A DNA stretch of 64,000 nucleotides from contig JABIHA010000076.1 in assembly GCA_018649885.1 (NCBI GenBank), positions 1 to 64,000 of the forward strand, in the 5' to 3' direction. The DNA comes from Bacteriovoracaceae bacterium. Lineage in GTDB: Bacteria; Bdellovibrionota; Bacteriovoracia; Bacteriovoracales; Bacteriovoracaceae. Under the pieces are notes generated by a model. The model had not been told where the DNA came from, made no database searches, and worked only from the letters and a program-made list of their open reading frames with translations. Both the position numbers and the translations under genes were made by a program. Position 1 is the first letter of the stretch. Each line of letters begins with the position of its first letter. Below, piece by piece: positions 19,964 through 29,304 of the stretch.

Positions 19964-21806
19964 TTGCTACCACCGCCAATGAAGCAGGCCTTATGCCATT
20001 CATTCTTCTAAGCTGACCAAAGTTTTCAGGCTTAATGGCCATAACTCTCTGTCTACACTCATTGGAAATATTGCTCGATTCTACTATTTTTTCCCAGTCT
20101 ATTTTCATTCTATCAAGCCTAGCTGACTTCTTTAGTTGCTGGTCTGAGCGTTGAATATAGCCTTCGTACACTTTTGAAATGGCAACACAATATACAACCT
20201 TGTCGTCAAAACAAACTCCAGCCTCTACCAACTCTTTAGCTAGAACACTGTATGGGCTTTTGCTATGTCTCTTTAAGAGCTCAGATAAGCTCATGCTTTG
20301 CTTAATACTTCCGTAATTACTCTCAGAAAAGTATCTCCGAGTTTCTTCATCGGGCAAATAGCGCTTCATTTCACAAAGTTTATTTAGGAGCTGGTGCTCT
20401 ATCGAAAAATTATCTATGTACTCATCTATTTTTTTCTGCAGCTCGAAAGCCTTTCTATAAGGGGCCATTCGAAAAATCACATTATCTTCACGAATAAAAA
20501 GTCTGTTTTCTGATCTGGCAGTAAACAATCTGTAGGGTTCATCTCGTAAGTTTGAAACCAAATCCTCTACCATCACACCAATATAACTTTCTTCTCTCTT
20601 GAGAATCAAAGGCGGTTTCCCCGTCAGTGAGCAAGCTGCATTTGCTCCAGCAACCAAACCCTGCCCCGCGGCTTCTTCGTATCCAGAGGTCCCATTAATC
20701 TGTCCGGCAAAGTACAAACCCGGAATTTCTATATATTCTAAGCAGCTCGAAAGCTTCGTTGTATCGACAACATCGTATTCTACAGCGTAACCGGGAACTG
20801 CAACTTCTACATTTTCAAAGCCTTCAATTGTCCTTAAAAAATCGATCTGAACATCTATAGGTAGAGATGTAGAAATACCATTGGGATAAAAAGTGTCTAA
20901 TTCAAGCCCTTCTGGTTCAACAAAGACATGGTGAACATTCCTGTCTGGATAACGAAATGCCTTATCTTCAATGCTGGGACAATACCTAGGCCCCACTCCA
21001 TCAATTTGCCCATTAAAAATTGGTGAGCGATCCTTATTTGCACGAATTATTTCTAGGGTCGCCTCGCTAGTCTTTGTTAAAAAACAACTAACCTGCGCCA
21101 TATGCCGCTCATGGGTCTCATTACCAAAATGAAAGTTTCTGGCCTCAGCACAAGAAGGCTGCTCGATCATTTTCTCAAAGTTTATACTACTGCGATTTAC
21201 CCTAGGGGGTGTGCCTGTCTTAAACCTTTTCTTAAGTGAAATAACGTCCGTTAAAAGGCTTTCAAGCACAGGAGCACTATCACAGGCTAACCTTCCCCCA
21301 ACCTTCTGATCAGGGCCCACATGAGTTTTAGCACCCAGAAAAGTTCCTGCAGTTACAACCACTTTTTTTGAAGTAAAACTCCCCAAATCTTGTGTTGAAA
21401 TTTTAAAATGATCATCAATTGTAGAAATATTTGTAACTTTGCCTCTAAGGACCTGCACATTGGGTAACGAGGCTATTTTTTCTTCAACTAAATCTGCATA
21501 TTTGTCCTTATCTATCTGAACCCTAGTAGACATGACTGCATGACCCTTTGATTCATTAAGAACTCTATATTGAATGGCAGCTTTATCAGCAAGCATTCCC
21601 ATCAATCCACCAAGCGCATCGATTTCTCTAACCACCTGGGCCTTACCAACACCGCCGATGGCCGGGTTGCATGGAGCTGAGCCAAGTTTGATGCCTTTCA
21701 TGCTAAATAAGCCGACCTTTAGGCCAAACTGCTGGGCCATAAAACACGCCTCAATTCCAGCGTGCCCACCCCCAATAACTACAATGTCGAAATCAGTGAA
21801 TCCCAA
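19950..21806 (-). CDS. mnmG: tRNA uridine-5-carboxymethylaminomethyl modification enzyme MnmG/GidA
   Basis: GGGHAG, CNPAIGG, RFKTGTPPR, GPRYCPSIEDK, AGQINGTSGYEEAAGQG. Confidence 0.98.
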   Translation of the reverse strand: MGFTDFDIVVIGGGHAGIEACFMAQQFGLKVGLFSMKGIKLGSAPCNPAIGGVGKAQVVREIDALGGLMGMLADKAAIQYRVLNESKGHAVMSTRVQIDKDKYADLVEEKIASLPNVQVLRGKVTNISTIDDHFKISTQDLGSFTSKKVVVTAGTFLGAKTHVGPDQKVGGRLACDSAPVLESLLTDVISLKKRFKTGTPPRVNRSSINFEKMIEQPSCAEARNFHFGNETHERHMAQVSCFLTKTSEATLEIIRANKDRSPIFNGQIDGVGPRYCPSIEDKAFRYPDRNVHHVFVEPEGLELDTFYPNGISTSLPIDVQIDFLRTIEGFENVEVAVPGYAVEYDVVDTTKLSSCLEYIEIPGLYFAGQINGTSGYEEAAGQGLVAGANAACSLTGKPPLILKREESYIGVMVEDLVSNLRDEPYRLFTARSENRLFIREDNVIFRMAPYRKAFELQKKIDEYIDNFSIEHQLLNKLCEMKRYLPDEETRRYFSESNYGSIKQSMSLSELLKRHSKSPYSVLAKELVEAGVCFDDKVVYCVAISKVYEGYIQRSDQQLKKSARLDRMKIDWEKIVESSNISNECRQRVMAIKPENFGQLRRMNGIRPASLAVVASGLE

Positions 21807-21832
21807 TGTACAACCTTGTCTTGATCATTTGT

Positions 21833-21958
21833 GGTTCCATAGGACCAACAAAATTAACCATGGTTCTATAGGACCGCTTTTCAGCTTTGGTTCTATAGGA
21901 CCGACAAAAATAAGGGTGGTTCTATAGGACCATTTTTAGCTTTTGGTTCTATAGGACC
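21833..21958. repeat. array of five 14-bp near-palindromes GGTTCYATAGGACC
   Basis: Copies start at 21833, 21862, 21889, 21918 and 21945 (spacing 29/27/29/27) and fill the mnmE-mnmG intergenic gap. Confidence 0.95.
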
Positions 21959-21967
21959 AAAAAAGTG

Positions 21968-23341
21968 TTATTTTCCAATGCAAAAATTGCTAAAAATTGA
22001 GCCCAACACATCGTCTGGACGTACAACCCCTACCAACTCTTCAATAACACTGCCCAAGACATATAATTGGGAGCTTAAAATGGCCACATCATTTTGGCTC
22101 TTCGCGGAAACAAGAAATTCTTCAGACAATTTATGGGCCCTAGAAATAAGACTTCTTTGTCTTTCAATAAGAATTGGTTTTGACTCAGATAGTCTTTTAA
22201 ACTTATCACTAACAAGCTGCATAATTTGATCTACACTCATCTCTGAATTGGCTTCACTGGTATTTGAAAATTGAACTGTTGTCTCTGCCTTGAAAGGAAA
22301 TTCAAAATTGGGACACTCCCCATTTTTTACATCACTGTGCGTAACAACTACCAAGTCAAATTCTTCACCTTTGAGTTGATCAAATTTTTGACCGAGGTAG
22401 TCACAGGGGTTCACTACAAAAATTTTGTAAAAACTATCCTTTAAAACTTCTAGAGATCTTTTTATCCCCTCACGCTCAATATCACTTTCACCGTGCCTTA
22501 GGCCTGCTGTATCCACTATTTTATAGTGCGTTCCGTCAAAATTTATATACTCAGAAATAAAATCCCTGGTGGTCCCTTTCTCAGAAGACACAATTGAGCG
22601 GTTGGTATTAAGAAAATTGTTAAAAAGCGAGCTTTTGCCTGCATTAACAGGACCTACAAGAGCAATTTGGGGAGACAAAATATTTTTTATGGGTGAGCTT
22701 ACCCTCGATTTCAGCCCCGAAAGTAATTTATTAAGACTAGCAGACCAGTTTGCGATCTCTTTCGACACTGCTTCCTCACCCACATCCTCAGAAAAATCAA
22801 TCGAAAGCTCAAGCGCTGCCCTAAGCTTTAAGTAGTTGTGATGAAGTGATGATAGTTCAGAGTTTAGTGATCCACTTAGAATTGATTGACCTTGATCAAG
22901 TGCGAAGTTGCTTTGAGCATTTAATAAAAGGTCTAGACCTTCTACTTGCGTGAGAGTCATTTTCTTATTTTTCAAAGCTCGGTAAGTAAATTCACCAGGA
23001 CAGGCGACTCTAAAATTTAAATTTTGCTCAAAAAAATCAATAATTCTTTGAACGTTTAATAGGTTTCCATGAACACCTATCTCTAAAATATTTTCACCTG
23101 TATAAGAATGGGGAGCCTTAAAAAAGTTCACCACGACTTCGTCGAGAACACTCCCCTTAAGGTTGTAAAGTTTTTTAAATTCTGCCATTTTGGGAGTTGG
23201 TTTAAAGCTTTCGCTTCCAAAGCAATTATTGAAGCAAGACAACTCTTCAAAACCGCTAATTCTAATTAAGGAAATGGCCGCATTGGAATATTGCCCCGTA
23301 CTACAAGCAATAATTGGTCCATCATCAAATAAAAATTCCAT
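21968..23341 (-). CDS. mnmE: tRNA modification GTPase MnmE/TrmE
   Basis: IRISG, APHSYTGE, GPVNAGKSS, GTTRD, DTAG, C-terminal FCIGK. Confidence 0.97.
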   Translation of the reverse strand: MEFLFDDGPIIACSTGQYSNAAISLIRISGFEELSCFNNCFGSESFKPTPKMAEFKKLYNLKGSVLDEVVVNFFKAPHSYTGENILEIGVHGNLLNVQRIIDFFEQNLNFRVACPGEFTYRALKNKKMTLTQVEGLDLLLNAQSNFALDQGQSILSGSLNSELSSLHHNYLKLRAALELSIDFSEDVGEEAVSKEIANWSASLNKLLSGLKSRVSSPIKNILSPQIALVGPVNAGKSSLFNNFLNTNRSIVSSEKGTTRDFISEYINFDGTHYKIVDTAGLRHGESDIEREGIKRSLEVLKDSFYKIFVVNPCDYLGQKFDQLKGEEFDLVVVTHSDVKNGECPNFEFPFKAETTVQFSNTSEANSEMSVDQIMQLVSDKFKRLSESKPILIERQRSLISRAHKLSEEFLVSAKSQNDVAILSSQLYVLGSVIEELVGVVRPDDVLGSIFSNFCIGK

Positions 23342-23343
23342 CT

Positions 23344-24867
23344 CTAAGCTTTTGCTGCATCAATTTTCTTGTACACAAGAAGTTGTTGAACAATACCCAT
23401 TAGCATTGAAACAAAAATATAAAGATTTAATCCAGCAGGAAGATCTTTCATGATGAAGCCAAAAACAATAGGCATTACCATCATGACTTTTTGCTGAACA
23501 GGATCTGCTGATGGGCTTGGAGTCAGTTTTTGATTCACAAGCATGACGGCCCCTACAAGAACGGGAAGCACATAGTATTGATCCTTAATACTTAAATCAG
23601 TAATCCAAAAGTAAAATGGAGCTCCAACTAACTCTACGGCTTCGTACAATACCTTGTAAAAAGCAAAGAAGATTGGCATTTGAAGAATCATAGGCAGACA
23701 TCCACCCAGAGGGTTCACCCCCGCCTTTTTAAATAAGGCCATCGACTCTTGCTGCATCTTCGGCTGATCATCTTTATATTTCTCTTTGATTTTTTGAATT
23801 TGTGGAGTCAAATTTTGCATTTTTTTCATACTAGCAAATGATTTGTACTGAAGTGGGAATGTCACGAGTCTCATTAAAAAAGTTAAAATAATGATGGCAA
23901 TGCCGTAATTGGGAATCATTTTATAGGTAAACTGTAATCCTCTCAAAATAGGAACTGAAATAAGTCCCAGAATACCGAAGTCAACCGCCAGATGAAGGTT
24001 ATTTCCGTAGCCCAGTAGATCGTCGTAATTTTTCTTCGTGAACAAAGTATCTGAAGAAAAGCTATTTGAAGCTTCCTTTAATGTAATATAAATATTTCCA
24101 TCTTCTAGTGTCTTAAAAGCACCCAATCTAGATTGATCAAAACTTATTGCAAAAAGGTGATGATTAAAATCCATTCCAAACCATGAAATTGACCCTTCAC
24201 CATTTTCATCTTCTCCTACAGTTGCTCTCTCAACATCGTCGGGAAAATTCACGAGAAGCTCTCTAAACTTTCTACCGGAGGCTTCTTCTTCTTTAGAATT
24301 AATCTTATATCTAAGCTTAAAGATATTTCCGTTGTTAACATTTAAATTTAATCTTCCATCTTCACCAATGACTGCTACAAATTTAAATCCAAATTGAGGG
24401 TTAACCCCTTCAAGTCTATTCTGTGAAGGCTGAGAAACATTAAATGGAAGAGAAGAAAAACCATTTGTAGTAAGAAGCTCTAATTGAATTTGGGCATCTT
24501 CACCAATGGTGTTCTTGAGTGTGTAGACTGCTTTATCAGTCGTTATATCCTTTAAAGTGAGATAATTAGATAGCACATATCTAAAACTCCCTTGCTCAAT
24601 AACATAGTCTTGTTCTTCTAATTTATTAACGGCTCCAGCTTCCGCACTTGATGTTGTAGCTGAGCTTTGAGTGGTACCCGTCTTTGACGTGATTTCAGAT
24701 TTTGTTGCAGCCACTCCGCCTTTTGTTGTTACGGCTGCTTGTTCGGCTGTAGTCTCAGAATTAGTTGCTGTATTCTGCAGTTTTGGAGCTAAAAATGTTT
24801 GCCATCCAAAAAGAATAAGCGCAGATAGGCCGATGGCCATGAATAGATTTTTTTGTTCTGAGCTCAT
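23344..24867 (-). CDS. yidC: membrane protein insertase YidC
   Basis: NYGIAIIILT, NPLGGCLPMILQMPIF, WITDLS, PAGLNLY. Confidence 0.97.
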   Translation of the reverse strand: MSSEQKNLFMAIGLSALILFGWQTFLAPKLQNTATNSETTAEQAAVTTKGGVAATKSEITSKTGTTQSSATTSSAEAGAVNKLEEQDYVIEQGSFRYVLSNYLTLKDITTDKAVYTLKNTIGEDAQIQLELLTTNGFSSLPFNVSQPSQNRLEGVNPQFGFKFVAVIGEDGRLNLNVNNGNIFKLRYKINSKEEEASGRKFRELLVNFPDDVERATVGEDENGEGSISWFGMDFNHHLFAISFDQSRLGAFKTLEDGNIYITLKEASNSFSSDTLFTKKNYDDLLGYGNNLHLAVDFGILGLISVPILRGLQFTYKMIPNYGIAIIILTFLMRLVTFPLQYKSFASMKKMQNLTPQIQKIKEKYKDDQPKMQQESMALFKKAGVNPLGGCLPMILQMPIFFAFYKVLYEAVELVGAPFYFWITDLSIKDQYYVLPVLVGAVMLVNQKLTPSPSADPVQQKVMMVMPIVFGFIMKDLPAGLNLYIFVSMLMGIVQQLLVYKKIDAAKA

Positions 24868-24881
24868 TAAATTAACCTCAA

Positions 24882-25106
24882 TTATTTGTTGCTGGGAGGC
24901 ACGGGATCGTAACCACCTTTAGTATATGGAGCACACTTTATTATTCGCATGAAGGAATACCACACTGCCTTAAAAAAAGGCAAACTCTCAAAGCACATTA
25001 TTGAGTATTGAGAACATGTTGGGGTATATCGACAGTTGCTTCCCAAAACGGGGGAAATGCTCACTTGGTAAACCTTGATGAGAAGTATGGCCAATTTCTT
25101 TAACAC
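24882..25106 (-). CDS. yidD: membrane protein insertion efficiency factor YidD
   Basis: YQVSISP..CRYTPTCSQY..RIIKCAP..GGYDPVP. Confidence 0.95.
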   Translation of the reverse strand: MLKKLAILLIKVYQVSISPVLGSNCRYTPTCSQYSIMCFESLPFFKAVWYSFMRIIKCAPYTKGGYDPVPPSNK

Positions 25107-25543
25107 TTAAGATCTCTTTCAATTCTTTCAAAACTCGCGTGAATACTCTCTTCCAGAGATTCCATGCTTAGTTTTTTAGTTTTTCTCCAATTAACAACAA
25201 ACAACATATCATTTGGAAAATCCCTAAGAGATTCAGAATTTCTATATTTTTCTCTCAAAATTCTTTTGATTCTATTTCTCACATTAGCCTTGCCAACCTT
25301 TTTAGAAATAGAAAAAGCGACTCTAGAGCCGTTAGAAGGTACTAATGAATCTTTATAATAGAGATTTAGAACACCGGAAGACAAACGTTTAGCCGCTTCT
25401 CTTAAATAAGAAAAATCATTTTTCAGCCTTAAACGATTTTCAGGCCTAAATGTTTTTGAAATTGGGTAAGATGAAGAACTATTTTGTACCTGTTGTAACT
25501 GTAAGTTCTTTTCTACCTTTAGCTCGTCGATTTTTGATAACAT
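25100..25543 (-). CDS. rnpA: ribonuclease P protein component
   Basis: [25 protein letters not shown] (RNR motif). Start uncertain; the only ATG lies inside rpmH. Confidence 0.92.
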   Translation of the reverse strand: MLSKIDELKVEKNLQLQQVQNSSSSYPISKTFRPENRLRLKNDFSYLREAAKRLSSGVLNLYYKDSLVPSNGSRVAFSISKKVGKANVRNRIKRILREKYRNSESLRDFPNDMLFVVNWRKTKKLSMESLEESIHASFERIERDLKC

Positions 25544-25631
25544 TTTTACCGCCAGCAGTAGACATTCTTTTGAGGAACCCGTGGACTCTAAGTCGCTTCA
25601 ATTTTTTAGGTTGCCATGTTCGCTTGCTCAT
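25479..25631 (-). CDS. rpmH: 50S ribosomal protein L34 (50 aa; below the ORF-track cutoff)
   Basis: Hand translation [56 protein letters not shown]; divergent from dnaA. Confidence 0.97.
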   Translation of the reverse strand: MSKRTWQPKKLKRLRVHGFLKRMSTAGGKNVIKNRRAKGRKELTVTTGTK

Positions 25632-25675
25632 TATCTAGTCCTCGATATTATTTTTTACACATTGCAGAGTGCTAC

Positions 25676-25704
25676 GTTTTACCTATTTAGAAAAAACTCG
25701 TCAA
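25676..25704 (-). promoter_or_regulatory. candidate sigma70 promoter of the rpmH operon
   Basis: TTGACG-N17-TAAAAC on the minus strand. Confidence 0.55.
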
Positions 25705-25862
25705 CCTATTTTCGGTAGCGATATTTAACGCATAACCTCCGCTAGCACTGGCACCACGATTTAATGGCGATGTAAGAAACTGTAAGATAGACTTCTAATC
25801 AGCTTTCATCCATAATCGCAAATCTTCGAGACTAAAAATTATAACCTTTGGGGTAGCTGCTA

Positions 25863-27500
25863 ATGGAAAAAGAATTCCCTTTTAATGCCTTTTTTGATCC
25901 TGAAAACTCCAACAACACAAATGATTTCAACAGCTTACATTCTGACTTTAATGAGCTTCCAAAGCATGGAAATGACTCAACAAACAGTCCAACCACTGGA
26001 AATCAGGACCTTGAGGGTAACGACCTTGAGCAACTCAATAAATTCTTTTCAGAAGAGCTCGAAAAGACCATATCTCCTCAAAAATACAACACTTTTTTCA
26101 AATCTACCTTTTGCATCAGCGCTGTAAAAGATAACAACATTGAATTTTCCGTTACTACACCCTTCATTAAAACAATGATTGAAAACCACTACCTTTCAAT
26201 TCTTAAATCTCTTATATTACAGGTACTTGGAGAAGAGTATGAGGTTTCGGTAGAGGTTGTGATACCTACAAAAATGAGCCTCAGCTCTAATAAAAACAAT
26301 ATATTAGACTCAATCAATTTGAACAAATCTAAGAGTTTGGCTGATGAAATAAGGAGTGAATCACTCAAAAGATCTGATTCTGTGAAAGATCACACATTTA
26401 GACTAGACCTTCACCCTTCTGCTGATGATCTTCAAAAGAAAGTTGAATCTAAAGTTCTAGCTCATTTAAAAGATATTCATTTTGGACAATTAATTGACCC
26501 CAATAAAACGTTTGATAATTTTGTTATTGGGCCTTCCAATAATATGGCCTATGCCACAGCAGTAGCCGTTTCCAAAAACCCTGGAAAAGCCTATCCATGT
26601 TTATATTTATATTCAAGATCAGGGCTAGGTAAGACTCACCTTCTCCACTCTGTTGCTAATAACATTAAGCGCTTTCATCCCCAACTAAAAATCTGCATTA
26701 CTACTGCAAGAGATTTTATGACTGAGATGATCGAAGCCATGCAGCAAAAGAAAATTAATGATTTCCGTAAAAAATATTCAGAAAGCATTGATGTTCTCAT
26801 GGTTGATGATGTTCATGAATTAAAAGACAAGCCATCAACTCAAAATGAATTTTTCCATGTATTTAATGAACTTCACAATAAAGGCAAACAGTTAATATTC
26901 ACTTCGGATAAAGAGCCAAAAGAAATTGTCGGTATAGAAGAGAGAATTAAAACTAGACTCAGCTGGGGACTTGTTCAAGACATGCAACCACCAGATCTTG
27001 AAACAAGAATCGCTATTTTAAAGCAAAAAGCACTGAAGGAAGATATCTATATTCCCGATGAGGTTATTAACCTTGTTGCTTCTGCAATAAAAAATAATAT
27101 TAGAGAACTTGAAGGGTCACTGATCAAACTTGCTGCCTACTCTTCGGTTTTTCAAGTAGATATCGATACTGAAATTGCCAAAGAGCAACTCAAGTTAAAT
27201 GATTTCTACGATCCAAAATGCATCAATCTTGAATCTGTTATTAAGGCCATATCTTCGTTTTTTAAGATACCTATAGCTGATCTTAAATCAAAATCAAGAT
27301 CTAAAGATATTGCTACCGCAAGACACATTGGTATGTATCTTTCCTATAAAGTAGTCCAATCAACATATAGCGAAATTGGATCTTTCTATGGGAAAAGAGA
27401 TCATACAACTGCGATGCATGCTGTCGAAAAAATTAAAAAGCAACTTAAGACCGATGCGCGTCTTTGTTCTTCAATTCTCGAAATAGAAAACTCGCTTTAA
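25863..27500 (+). CDS. dnaA: chromosomal replication initiator DnaA
   Basis: TFDNFVIGPSN, SGLGKTHL, QNEFFHVFN, NIRELEG, RDHTT. Confidence 0.99.
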   Translation: MEKEFPFNAFFDPENSNNTNDFNSLHSDFNELPKHGNDSTNSPTTGNQDLEGNDLEQLNKFFSEELEKTISPQKYNTFFKSTFCISAVKDNNIEFSVTTPFIKTMIENHYLSILKSLILQVLGEEYEVSVEVVIPTKMSLSSNKNNILDSINLNKSKSLADEIRSESLKRSDSVKDHTFRLDLHPSADDLQKKVESKVLAHLKDIHFGQLIDPNKTFDNFVIGPSNNMAYATAVAVSKNPGKAYPCLYLYSRSGLGKTHLLHSVANNIKRFHPQLKICITTARDFMTEMIEAMQQKKINDFRKKYSESIDVLMVDDVHELKDKPSTQNEFFHVFNELHNKGKQLIFTSDKEPKEIVGIEERIKTRLSWGLVQDMQPPDLETRIAILKQKALKEDIYIPDEVINLVASAIKNNIRELEGSLIKLAAYSSVFQVDIDTEIAKEQLKLNDFYDPKCINLESVIKAISSFFKIPIADLKSKSRSKDIATARHIGMYLSYKVVQSTYSEIGSFYGKRDHTTAMHAVEKIKKQLKTDARLCSSILEIENSL

Positions 27501-28174
27501 TTTTTTCGGCTTTATGCAGCTGAGTTATCCCCACCTTTCACCTTTTTCTTCCACAAATTGTTAATAACATTTTGACTAGCCAATACTTTATCCACAAGGC
27601 CTTGGTGAATAACTTTTTTAGCCTGGGGATAAATAAGTTTTCCACATAGTTACTAAGGTCTTTTCCACATCTAGAAAAGATTAGCCATAGGCTTTAACAC
27701 CTTAATATCAGAAGGGTCTCAAGGATGCGTTAGAGTTATCCCCATTATCCACATTAGAATTTGTCCACATTTTGAAATGATTAGAAGAAAGTTATCCACT
27801 TGTGGAAAAAAAAGTGGATAAATATTGAGATTTTCAGCGTATTCATCCAATTAACGCTACCCCCATTTTTACTGTGAAAAACTATGTGAATAAAATTGTG
27901 TATAAAGTTTTTTTTGGGGATAAATTCAATAATCTACGAAGTTGACTTTGGTTTACCCCAGAACTTATCCCCGAGGGTGTGAATAAAAAAATGGCCCAAC
28001 TTATTAAGATTAAAGAAATAGGCCTATTTTTCCACTTTTCCACACTATTTATAATAGTATTTATTTATTTAAGTATATTAATAAAAAAAAGGAATTTCTT
28101 AGCATCTGCATAAAACTTGATTTACTTGTGCAACAGCGATAAAACATCTTCACTAGTTTGCACACAGAGGTTTC
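27501..28174. other. replication origin oriC
   Basis: Non-coding dnaA-dnaN gap with many DnaA boxes. TTWTNCACA matches at 27588, 27638, 27661, 27745, 27801(rev), 27873(rev), 27885(rev), 27897(rev), 27978(rev), 28036, plus one-mismatch boxes. AT-rich unwinding element at about 28045-28090. Confidence 0.93.
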
Positions 28175-29299
28175 ATGAAGGTACGAGTTCAAGTCAATGT
28201 CTTAAAAGATGCCGTCAACAGGATGGTTTCTGTTGTCGACAAAAAGACAACAAGACCTGTGCTAACCTACACGCTGATCAAAGCCAGCTCAGATAACACT
28301 CTAACTCTTTTCGGAACAGACCTAGAAGTTTCAGCAAAAATAAAAATACCTGCAGACATTCAATCCGAGGGTGCATTTTGTATAAACCCTAAAAGCTTGT
28401 CTGACATACTTCGTGAAATGCCCAATGAACAACTTGATTTAGAAATTGTGGAAAACCAGAATATTTTAAAATTAAGTATGGGCCAAATAAAATTTTCACT
28501 TTTGATTTCATCGACAGAAGACTTTCCCACACTTTCATTTGAAAATATTGGGAATAAGTTTGTACTAAAAAGTGAACAAATCCAAAAAATAATTTCTAAA
28601 ACGTCACATGCCATTTCCAATGATGAAACGAGATTATTTTTAAATGGAATATTTCTTCAAAAAGTTAAATCAAAGCTTAACTCTGTTGCTACAGATGGTC
28701 ATAGATTAGCTTTATTTGAAACAAATGAATTTGATACTGACAGTGGTGTTCTTGAGGAAGGTATTATTCTTCCCAAAAAAGGTGTTGTTGAGCTTAAGAA
28801 GTTGGCTGAGAATTTTGCTAATGAAGAATTGCAATTTTCTGTAGATGAGTCATTTTTCTATGTAAATGCTCAGGACAAGTACTGCTTAGGAATTCGTTTG
28901 ATCGCAAGAGATTTCCCGCGTTATCAAACAAATATTCCTTCAAAAACAGCTTATGCACTTGACGTGGATAAAGAATTATTTATTACTGCTATCAAGAGAA
29001 TTAAAGTTTTAGCTAATGAAAAAACTAATGGCGTAAGATTATCGTTAACAAAAGATTCTCTTCGTATTTCATCAAACCATCCATCTCTAGGTGATGCTAC
29101 AGAGACAATTGCTGTTAAATATAGCGGAAAGGAAATGGATATTGGTTTTAATGCTAAATACCTTTTGGATAGCTTTTCTGTAATCGATGTAGACTCCATA
29201 AGACTTGAATTCAACAATGAGTTAAGTCCGGTTATTTTAAAGACTCCAGCGCTTCCAGAATACTTTGGCGTTATCATGCCACTTAGACTTCAATACTAG
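28175..29299 (+). CDS. dnaN: DNA polymerase III beta clamp
   Basis: GTDLE, ATDGHRL, IGFNAKYLLD, VIMPLRL. Confidence 0.98.
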   Translation: MKVRVQVNVLKDAVNRMVSVVDKKTTRPVLTYTLIKASSDNTLTLFGTDLEVSAKIKIPADIQSEGAFCINPKSLSDILREMPNEQLDLEIVENQNILKLSMGQIKFSLLISSTEDFPTLSFENIGNKFVLKSEQIQKIISKTSHAISNDETRLFLNGIFLQKVKSKLNSVATDGHRLALFETNEFDTDSGVLEEGIILPKKGVVELKKLAENFANEELQFSVDESFFYVNAQDKYCLGIRLIARDFPRYQTNIPSKTAYALDVDKELFITAIKRIKVLANEKTNGVRLSLTKDSLRISSNHPSLGDATETIAVKYSGKEMDIGFNAKYLLDSFSVIDVDSIRLEFNNELSPVILKTPALPEYFGVIMPLRLQY

Positions 29300-29304
29300 C
29301 CGCA

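Noticed and set aside
21833..21958. CRISPR array interpretation of the palindrome repeats
   Set aside because: Repeats are 14 bp, spacers are 13-15 bp and related to each other, and there is no cas gene or leader.
25450..25638. 62-aa plus-strand ORF
   Set aside because: Antisense shadow of rpmH.
25632..25862. rpmH-dnaA gap as the origin
   Set aside because: Only one clear box (25653-25661), compared with the dense cluster between dnaA and dnaN.
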